A DNA stretch of 19,326 nucleotides from positions 1 to 19,326 of the forward strand of contig JBHHXN010000098.1 of NCBI GenBank assembly GCA_046757025.1, written 5' to 3'. Under the pieces are notes generated by a model that was not told where the DNA came from, ran no database searches, and was given only the letters and a program-made list of their open reading frames with translations. Positions 1 through 6,989 of this stretch are shown piece by piece (position 1 is the stretch's first letter; each line of letters opens with the position of its first letter). This stretch comes from a bacterium (GTDB lineage: Bacteria > Zhuqueibacterota > Zhuqueibacteria > Oceanimicrobiales > Oceanimicrobiaceae). The translations under genes were made by a program, and so were the position numbers.

Positions 1-166
1 CGGCAATCTGCGTTGAATTTGTGAGCGCAACAACAACACTGCCACCGCTATTTCCGGCGCCGCGTACGCCATTTGAAACGTAAAGAGAATCCGTTTGTGC
101 TAATATGTTTGAAGAGTATAGCAAGAAACAACATGTCCAAATAATTGATATAGTTTGCTTTTTCAT
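1..166 (-). CDS. Secreted protein, 5' part only (runs off the window); mature N-terminus resembles the start of a cohesin domain
   Basis: Not in the ORF track. Manual translation from ATG at 166 gives MKKQTISIIWTCCFLLYSSNILA|QTDSLYVSNGVRGAGNSGGSVVVALTNSTQIA..., open to the window edge. The SD AGGAG (173-177) overlaps the TAG stop of the upstream gene. It has a Sec-type signal peptide ending ILA|Q. The CDS call is firm; the cohesin call rests on only ~32 residues. Confidence 0.8.
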   Translation of the reverse strand, partial: MKKQTISIIWTCCFLLYSSNILAQTDSLYVSNGVRGAGNSGGSVVVALTNSTQIA

Positions 167-175
167 TGTGATCTC

Positions 176-1792
176 CTAATAAATTCCATACCAGAGTTTG
201 ATAAGTTGCTCGACCGGTTTGTTGCGTGGAGAGTTGCCCGTCATTGAATCAAAAAAGATACCCGGGTGGTCCAGCCCATCAAACCAGTCCCAACGTTGAC
301 TGAAAAGGCCACTCACCCAGCTTTCATCTTCCAATGCTTCCAAAAAACCCTCGTAATAGACAACTTGCTCACCATAATCTATATCCGTCACCGGTGGAGG
401 TGGTTCACTCTCGACCTGGGCATCCGAACTGTTCGCCTGGAAAGCAAAATATACCGGCACTTTGCTACCAACATCAGTCTCAAACCAATCAAAAAATGTT
501 TCTGTAATTTGCCGGATTTCTTGAACTGTGGGATTATGAGTATCACTAATGATTCCCATACCCAGATACATACCTGGGAATACGCCAATGCGCAACACAT
601 CTATGGCGTCGGCAAAGTCTAAATCTGTTGTACCGTAAACATCAATCGCGATTATGCCTGAATAACGTAAACGTACCGAATCGATGATAGCTCGCCAGCG
701 ATTGCCATATTCCGGAAAAGCCGAAGGACGGAAGGTGTCTTCAGCTCCAAGCAATACTGAGAGCATATCTGCTCCGTATTTTTCGGCTAATTCCGCTCTT
801 GGCAAAAGGTATTTTTCCCATTGATCGAACCAACTCGCCCACCATTGGTGTTGGGATTTATAAAACTCAAGGGAGTCCAATTCTCCAGCTCTCAAATTAA
901 ATCCCGGAGCCACTTGTTCGGTATGACTTATTTTGAATCCTTTTGAATGAGCGCTGGCAACTATAGCAGCATAATCTTTTTCGTTAGTAAGCGAAATGCT
1001 ATTATTTTCGGGCTTAATTTGTGGCAATGGAGCAATTCGCTGGTAAAAGGCGGCTGGTACAACACCAATCCATCCGGCTCCAATGCGCATAGCTGCGTCC
1101 ATTGCGCGGTTTTGAACGGCGGCAAGTGAATCAGAATTGTCCGGCGTAACATCAAAATGCGGTCCACCCAGTTCTCCGAACACATCATAAAAAATCAAGC
1201 CTTCGGCGTCGAAGTGCCGCACACCTACTTTACTGACCAACACATCCACTGTATCAAGGTCCGTTATGCTGGTAGGCTCTTTAAGCTGTAATTCAAAGCG
1301 ATAATTCCCCGGCCATTCGGGATTAAAAGTAGGCGTGGCGCTGGTGGAGTCGCTCAAGATCGCTTCGTTTTCTGTCATATATTCGGTGCTGTAACGATTC
1401 ATGTGCAACTGCCGCCAGCGATAGGTGAGCGTGTCGCCGTCCAGGTCAAACGAGCGCGTGGCATCCAATTGGATATTAGTTCCAGCCAATCCACTGTCCG
1501 GCGAGGCGCTGGCATCAGCCACAGGTGGACGGTTTACCCCGGCAATGGTATTTCTGATGAAAACCAGATCCTGCACCGTAATGCACCCATCGCGGTTCAT
1601 GTCGCCGGCTGCAATCTCATTTTGAGTCGCGGGCGGTAGTTTACCCAGAGCAATTTGTACACCGCGCGCGATGTCGGTGCTATCGACTTTGCTATCGCCG
1701 TTGATGTCGCCGGGCAAAGACTGTGAAATCACAATTTGAGGTAGAAAAAGAAGCGCCACATAGATCAGCAGCAAAGATCTGGTTTCATGCAT
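176..1792 (-). CDS. Secreted modular protein: signal peptide + type I dockerin + PKD/K319-like domain + GH113-like TIM barrel
   Basis: Two F-hand Ca-binding repeats, GDINGDSKVDSTD and GDMNRDGCITVQD (aa 28-75). PKD-like signature NRPPVADA...LDATRSFDLDGDTLTYRW...GNYRFEL (aa 87-186). C-terminal GH113-type motifs: AHSKGFKI, WFDQWEKY...AELAEKYGAD, WRAIIDSVRLRYSG, DYGEQVVYY, SPRNKPVEQLIKLWY. SD GGAGG at 1799-1803. Confidence 0.85.
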   Translation of the reverse strand: MHETRSLLLIYVALLFLPQIVISQSLPGDINGDSKVDSTDIARGVQIALGKLPPATQNEIAAGDMNRDGCITVQDLVFIRNTIAGVNRPPVADASASPDSGLAGTNIQLDATRSFDLDGDTLTYRWRQLHMNRYSTEYMTENEAILSDSTSATPTFNPEWPGNYRFELQLKEPTSITDLDTVDVLVSKVGVRHFDAEGLIFYDVFGELGGPHFDVTPDNSDSLAAVQNRAMDAAMRIGAGWIGVVPAAFYQRIAPLPQIKPENNSISLTNEKDYAAIVASAHSKGFKISHTEQVAPGFNLRAGELDSLEFYKSQHQWWASWFDQWEKYLLPRAELAEKYGADMLSVLLGAEDTFRPSAFPEYGNRWRAIIDSVRLRYSGIIAIDVYGTTDLDFADAIDVLRIGVFPGMYLGMGIISDTHNPTVQEIRQITETFFDWFETDVGSKVPVYFAFQANSSDAQVESEPPPPVTDIDYGEQVVYYEGFLEALEDESWVSGLFSQRWDWFDGLDHPGIFFDSMTGNSPRNKPVEQLIKLWYGIY

Positions 1793-2221
1793 GATGATCC
1801 TCCAGAGAGATTTTAATCAATTGATTTTGACGATGTCAATTTTGTGTGAAATCAGGTGATCTGGCATTTCGCTTTTGTACTCAACTTAGTAGAAATCTCG
1901 TAACCCAGGCCGATTTATTTCCCTTTCCGAAACCGTTAGTTAAAAAAGTACAAATATGAAATTTGTAATGTATATTCTTGCAGGACTGGAAATCCAGTTG
2001 AACTTGTCTTGAGGGGAAGAAACCTTATATATCCGCTTAAAAAATACAACAATAGCAGGTAAAAGACAATCGTAAAATTTCTGTCGTGTAAAATTTTGCC
2101 TACATGTGGTAGGTAAATGGAGTTTGTGATAAAATGGTTCATCGCTTCCGAGTTCGGTTTTCTAACAGCTTTTATCACTGACGTTCGATTGAAATTGATT
2201 TGCTAATCACTCCATGAGCCA

Positions 2222-3028
2222 TCAAATCAAAATATTTTTTTTCCTGTAGAACAGAAAGCTCAAAAAGATCAAACCACCTGAAATCCCGAATAAAACCATT
2301 AATCGCCAGAGGTCAAATCCGTAGTCAGGCGCCAGCACTTCCAGATTCATGTATTTGAAGGGGGTGAAGTATAAAAGAGCTGGCCATCTGTCGGAAATGC
2401 GAAACATCATATCAAACAGGTAGGCGCCCAGTACGATGCCGATACCAATTCCGATGACCGCTTTGGCGCGTTTCATTATAACGGTGATGAAGAAGCCGAG
2501 GACTCCGAAGAGAATACACACTAAAAAGCCGTAGGTGTGCAGGATGGTGAGCGCAGCGATATCAAAATTGCCTTTTGCAAATAGGTTGCAGCTAATTAAA
2601 GCCACTAAGTAAACAATTACATTGATTCCCAGCAAGTGCACCAATAAGCTCAGCAGCTTGCTGGCCACAATCTGGTCTCGGGATAGCGGCCGCGACAGGA
2701 GAAATTCCGCGGTTCGGTTCTGCTCTTCTTTGGATATCGATTTCATGGCCACGATTATCGCGTAGCAGCCCACGACGATGGGGACGTAGTAGATAAAGTA
2801 GGTCACGTAAAATCCCAAAATATTACTCCATTTGTTCAAATCGAGGTTGAACGCAATACGCATGGTTTCGGGAATGGCCGAGTACAAATCGGTGACTTTT
2901 TCTATGTTTTTGGTCATCGCCGAATAGATATTTAAACTGAAGACCACGTACAGCGCCACTCCTGCGCTCAAAATGACACTGCCTTTCAAATGGTCTCTCA
3001 GCTCTTTGATAAATAGATTCCAGCTCAT
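2222..3028 (-). CDS. ABC-2 type transporter permease
   Basis: About six hydrophobic segments and the motif ISKEEQNRTAEFLLSRPLSRDQIVASKL typical of ABC-2 permeases. Ends FYRKKNILI. ATGA overlap with the ATPase gene. Confidence 0.92.
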   Translation of the reverse strand: MSWNLFIKELRDHLKGSVILSAGVALYVVFSLNIYSAMTKNIEKVTDLYSAIPETMRIAFNLDLNKWSNILGFYVTYFIYYVPIVVGCYAIIVAMKSISKEEQNRTAEFLLSRPLSRDQIVASKLLSLLVHLLGINVIVYLVALISCNLFAKGNFDIAALTILHTYGFLVCILFGVLGFFITVIMKRAKAVIGIGIGIVLGAYLFDMMFRISDRWPALLYFTPFKYMNLEVLAPDYGFDLWRLMVLFGISGGLIFLSFLFYRKKNILI

Positions 3029-3924
3029 TTCTCATCCTCCTTTCGATGACCATCCTGATAAAAGTGTATGAAAACCTCTTCTAAAGCCGGTTCGGAGATG
3101 GTTATTTTTTCAATGGCCAGTTGTGACAGCTCTTTTAACAGAACAGGCATTTCCCCCTGATAGAGAAACGTCGCTTCATCTTTATCTGTGTGCAATGAAA
3201 TGATGCCGGGAGTCTGCAGGGAAATTCCTTCTGTATTTTTTAGTCGAATGGTCACCCGACTCAGGAGTTTTTCTTTTAAGGAATGAATTTCATCGATATT
3301 GACGATGCTGCCATCTTTGATGATGGCCACCCGGTGACACAATTTCTCCACTTCGCCGAGAACGTGCGAAGAGAAAAAGATAGTGGTGCCTTCAGCATTC
3401 ACTTCTTTGAGCACATCGAAGAAGTGATTTTGAATGAGCGGATCCAGTCCCGTGGTGGGTTCATCGAGGATGAGCAGCCGGGGCTGGTGTATCAGACTTT
3501 GAATGAGCGCCACTTTTTTCTTGTTTCCCATGGATAAGTCGTCGATTTTTCTGGTGAGATCCAGCGAGAGAATGTCCAAAAGTCGCTGCAAATGCGGTTG
3601 GGTGCTCACACCGTAAAAGCGGGCAGAATATTCGAGGAGCTCTTTGACAGTCATGTTCTCGTAGTAATGCACTTCCGACGGCACAAAGCCCACCATCTGT
3701 TTGATTTTCGGACCCTCTGTGACAATGTCGTGATGGAATATGCGGCCACGGCCGCGGGTTGGGTAAAGCAGGCTCAACAAGAGCCGAATGGTGGTGGTTT
3801 TGCCGGCGCCGTTGGGACCGATGAACCCGAATATTTCTCCTTCGGCAACTTGTAAATTGAGATCGAGGATCCCCCGGGCCTGGCCGTAGTATTTGGTGAG
3901 ACCTTCCGTTTCAATGGCTTGCAT
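3025..3924 (-). CDS. ABC-2 type transporter ATP-binding protein
   Basis: Walker A GPNGAGKTT, signature LSMGNKKK, Walker B LLILDEPTTGLDP, H-loop SSH. SD AGGAGG at 3931-3936. Confidence 0.96.
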   Translation of the reverse strand: MQAIETEGLTKYYGQARGILDLNLQVAEGEIFGFIGPNGAGKTTTIRLLLSLLYPTRGRGRIFHHDIVTEGPKIKQMVGFVPSEVHYYENMTVKELLEYSARFYGVSTQPHLQRLLDILSLDLTRKIDDLSMGNKKKVALIQSLIHQPRLLILDEPTTGLDPLIQNHFFDVLKEVNAEGTTIFFSSHVLGEVEKLCHRVAIIKDGSIVNIDEIHSLKEKLLSRVTIRLKNTEGISLQTPGIISLHTDKDEATFLYQGEMPVLLKELSQLAIEKITISEPALEEVFIHFYQDGHRKEDEK

Positions 3925-4127
3925 ACGTGTCCTCCTTCATACCGTCGTGACAGCATGGAATGGAATGGGATGGGATGCTTTATCATAGAATCTTGGTAAA
4001 CGACACCTAAACAACACGAGCATGTGCTCTTTCCGACTGAGGTTTTGATAACAGCTCAATAAGACGGTCGAGTGTTTGCGGTAGAGTTGCGGCAGGATGA
4101 TTGGTTTTTTGCCTCAGTCTGTAGAAT

Positions 4128-4156
4128 ATTATAAATAATCACCTTTTGAATTGCAA
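4128..4156 (-). promoter_or_regulatory. Sigma70-type promoter of the ABC operon
   Basis: Minus strand TTGCAA (4156-4151), 17-nt spacer, TATAAT (4133-4128). Predicted +1 near 4121-4120. Confidence 0.75.
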
Positions 4157-4211
4157 CAAAAAAATGTGGCGGTTGTGTGGTGAAATTTCCCTGAATCGTT
4201 TTAAAATTCGA

Positions 4212-4258
4212 TTCTTACAAATAAGAAAATAAAATCTACATTTTGTCATAAATAAGAA
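4212..4258. promoter_or_regulatory. Paired upstream activator-like sites for the sigma54 promoter of ccmF
   Basis: Palindrome TTCTTA-CAAA-TAAGAA (4212-4227) and a 13/16 identical copy TTGTCATAAATAAGAA (4243-4258), 31 nt apart, about 110-155 nt upstream of the predicted +1. Confidence 0.5.
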
Positions 4259-4342
4259 ATGGCCGGGTGCATTCTTAATTTGGTTGGGCGAAAAGTAGTT
4301 AATTTAAAAGAGCTTACATGAATTACTTCTATTAGCTGGTTG

Positions 4343-4357
4343 TGGCATACAGCTTGC
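4343..4357 (+). promoter_or_regulatory. Sigma54 (RpoN) -24/-12 promoter upstream of ccmF
   Basis: TGGCATACAGCTTGC versus consensus TGGCAC-N5-TTGC. Exact GG-N10-GC spacing (4344-45, 4356-57), ending 42 nt before the GTG start. Confidence 0.72.
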
Positions 4358-4399
4358 CCATAAGGTAAAAAAATTGAATTTTAATAGAAGGAGAATGCT

Positions 4400-6643
4400 G
4401 TGGGAAAGTTACTGATCATTCTGGCTCTTGTTTCCACCGGTGTTTCCGCGTGGAGCTACTACACTCGTTTGAATCCGGCAGACCGTCCTAAAGGTAAACG
4501 CAAAAAGAAAGCCAATCAGCCAAAACCCCCTCTTGATATCGCCAGGTACGGCTTTTATTTCATGAGCGTTTTTGTGACTCTGGCTTCGTTTTATCTACTG
4601 TATTTGATTTTTGATCATCAATTTCAGTACAGTTATGTGTATCGATACAGCGCAAAAAATTTATCTTTTGGGCTGCTGCTTTCCACTTTCTGGGCCGGGC
4701 AGGAAGGCTCGTTTCTGCTCTGGGCCTGGTTCATCGCGATTATGGGTTTGATATTCATTAAGACCGCCCGCAAATACGAAAATCACGCCATGTTTTATCT
4801 GAATTTGGCGCAGGCGTTTTTTCTGTTGCTGTTGGTGAAAGTCAGTCCGTTTGCAGAGCAGGCACACGCTCCGCTGGATGGGCGCGGTTTGAACCCGCTG
4901 CTGGAAAATTTCTGGATGATAATCCATCCACCGCTGCTGTTTTTGGGTTACGCAGCCGCAACTATGCCGCTGGCACTGGCCCTGGCCGCGATGACCAAAA
5001 GAGATTACGGCGATTGGGTACGGCAGGCGCTGCCGTGGTCGTTGTTTACCTCGGTGACCCTGGGCGGCGGCATCATTTTGGGTGCGTTTTGGGCGTATGG
5101 CACCTTGGGCTGGGGCGGCTACTGGGGCTGGGACCCGGTGGAAAATTCTTCGCTGATTCCCTGGCTGGTTAATTTTGCGCTGTTCCACGGGCTGATCGTC
5201 GAGAAGATGAGAGGCGCCCTGCGGAGGACCAATCTCGCTTTGGCCGTGATTTCCTTTGTGCTGGTGATCTACGCCACCTTTCTTACCCGCAGCGGCGTGC
5301 TGGCGGATTTTTCTGTGCACTCGTTTCAAGACCTTGGCATCAATGCGTATTTGATCATGTTCATGCTTGGCACCCTGGGTTTTGGATTGGGGATTTTATT
5401 CAGCCGCTTCCGAGAGATCAAGGCTCAGCCCATCAATCTTTCCGAGTTGAATCGCGAAAACGTGTTGTTGATCAGCATGGTGGTGCTGCTGGGCTCGGGA
5501 CTGGTCACCATTCTGGGTACCTCCTTCCCATTGATTTCAAGACTGTTCACTCAGCCTTCCAACGTCAACATCAGCTTTTACAATCAGGTGAATCTGCCTT
5601 TTGCCATCGCCATGACGGTGTTGCTGGGAATTGCGCCCGTTTTAAAATGGGGGGCGTCTAACCGAGAATTGCTCAAACGGCTGTCGATTTCTCTGGTGTT
5701 AACGGCGTTATCCGCCGTGTTTGCTTTTCTGCAAGGCGTGCGCGACGGGGTCATTTTGTTGTTCATGACCACCACTGCCTTTGCGTTCTTTTCAAACGGT
5801 CAGGTGCTGCTGCAGCAACTGCGTTTTAATTGGCGCATGACCGGCGCGTCGCTGACGCATGTGGGTGTGGCGCTGATGTTTCTGGGCATCATCGTGTCCG
5901 GCAATTTCGACGAGGAGCAGCATGTGGTGCTCACTCAGGGCGAACAAACCACGGTATTGGGCAAGCAGCTCCTGCTGGAAGGGTTGAGCCCAAAAGAAAA
6001 TGGCAAAGATGAATTGAACATCCGGGTGGTCAGTGAGGAGTCGGAATATGTAGCGAATCCCCGACATTATTATTCTGAATATAATAAAGGCATGATGCGG
6101 GAGCCGTTTATCGATTACGGTTGGGTGCAGGATTTTTATATTTCACCCATCGAAACCCGGACTGGCGATCAACACGATGAGCACGTCCAGCTTTACCTCA
6201 AAAAGGGCGAGAAAAAACAGCTTGACGGGTTTGAAATTCTCTTCACGAGTTTTGAAATGCACAGTCATGCCGAAAACGGCGTCATGCAGGTCGGAGCCAA
6301 ACTGGAGATCGCTCAGGGGGAGCAAAAATTTGCCGTCACCCCAGCTTTGATGATGTCCGGCAACCAGCGAAAGGCTGTACCGGCCGAGTTTCCTGTTTCT
6401 GCAGGCAACTACAGCAGCAAGCCCAGCGTTTCGCTGGTGGGGATCAATGCCAACGAAAAAAGCGTGCAGCTGGATTTTCACGGGCTCGGAAATCCCGCTA
6501 ACGGCGATGCCGTACCAGTCAAAATGCAGGCCTCGATCAACGTCAGCAAGAAACCGTTTATGAATGTGCTCTGGCTGGGAACGATTTTGATCAGTTTGGG
6601 CACCGTCATTTCCATCAAACGCAGGAGCTCGGAACCCGCTTAG
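4400..6643 (+). CDS. ccmF: Cytochrome c biogenesis heme lyase, CcmF/NrfE family (System I)
   Basis: WWD domain WGGYWGWDPVENSSLIPW, plus FWAGQEGS and GLNPLL. The four conserved His are present in IHPP, LFHG, SVHSF and THVG. Many TM segments. GTG start with SD AGGAG at 4389-4393. Confidence 0.95.
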   Translation: MGKLLIILALVSTGVSAWSYYTRLNPADRPKGKRKKKANQPKPPLDIARYGFYFMSVFVTLASFYLLYLIFDHQFQYSYVYRYSAKNLSFGLLLSTFWAGQEGSFLLWAWFIAIMGLIFIKTARKYENHAMFYLNLAQAFFLLLLVKVSPFAEQAHAPLDGRGLNPLLENFWMIIHPPLLFLGYAAATMPLALALAAMTKRDYGDWVRQALPWSLFTSVTLGGGIILGAFWAYGTLGWGGYWGWDPVENSSLIPWLVNFALFHGLIVEKMRGALRRTNLALAVISFVLVIYATFLTRSGVLADFSVHSFQDLGINAYLIMFMLGTLGFGLGILFSRFREIKAQPINLSELNRENVLLISMVVLLGSGLVTILGTSFPLISRLFTQPSNVNISFYNQVNLPFAIAMTVLLGIAPVLKWGASNRELLKRLSISLVLTALSAVFAFLQGVRDGVILLFMTTTAFAFFSNGQVLLQQLRFNWRMTGASLTHVGVALMFLGIIVSGNFDEEQHVVLTQGEQTTVLGKQLLLEGLSPKENGKDELNIRVVSEESEYVANPRHYYSEYNKGMMREPFIDYGWVQDFYISPIETRTGDQHDEHVQLYLKKGEKKQLDGFEILFTSFEMHSHAENGVMQVGAKLEIAQGEQKFAVTPALMMSGNQRKAVPAEFPVSAGNYSSKPSVSLVGINANEKSVQLDFHGLGNPANGDAVPVKMQASINVSKKPFMNVLWLGTILISLGTVISIKRRSSEPA

Positions 6644-6776
6644 CATCTGGTTGAACAATTTCTCGCAACGGAGGGTCTATGAGGTAATAGGCACGGATAG
6701 GCTTACAATAAAATTTGCAATTTTCAAAGGCAAATCTTATTTTATTTCGTAAAACGATTGAAGGAGCCGCTATAAA

Positions 6777-6891
6777 ATTGCAGGGGGTGGAACTTCGGTG
6801 CTCAGAAAAGGGAGTCCGGACACCCCCTACAGTCTGCCTCGAGGGTGGGGGAATAACCAGCTTTTCCATCGAGGATTCCGCTGAGCGGGAT
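6777..6891 (+). ncRNA. Candidate structured RNA element (two hairpins plus possible pseudoknot), family not recognised
   Basis: GC-rich island in an AT-rich spacer. Stem 6777-6789/6821-6833 has 12 of 13 pairs. Second stem 6837-6852/6862-6874. Loop TGCTCAG (6799-6805) is complementary to CTGAGCG (6881-6887). Folded by eye only. Confidence 0.4.
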
Positions 6892-6989
6892 AGAAGGGGG
6901 GCACATCTCATAAAGAATTAAATATTTCCTTATACTAAAATCAGAAATCGTGGATAATCATTTATCAACCAAACGAGAGGAGGAGGAAT

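Noticed and set aside
1936..2178. 80-aa ORF and other intergenic track ORFs (6715-6921, 15079-15282, 15147-15467)
   Set aside because: No convincing SD or protein motifs, and they overlap regulatory or palindromic DNA.
2222..3924. ABC pair as CcmA/CcmB partner of the divergent ccmF
   Set aside because: A 299-aa ATPase with a C-terminal extension and this permease motif fit generic ABC-2 exporters, not the ~200-aa CcmA and CcmB.
6689..6703. Second sigma54 site AGGCACGGATAGGCT; also TGGCAAATGTACCGC at 15343-15357
   Set aside because: The first has GG-N9-GC spacing. The second has correct spacing but a poor -12 box (CCGC).
6781..6900. TPP or cobalamin riboswitch (GGGGTG...CTGAG; AAAAGGGAGTCCGG)
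   Set aside because: It lacks the TPP ACCTGA...TAAT core and the cobalamin GCCACTG/GGGAAG and B12-box elements.
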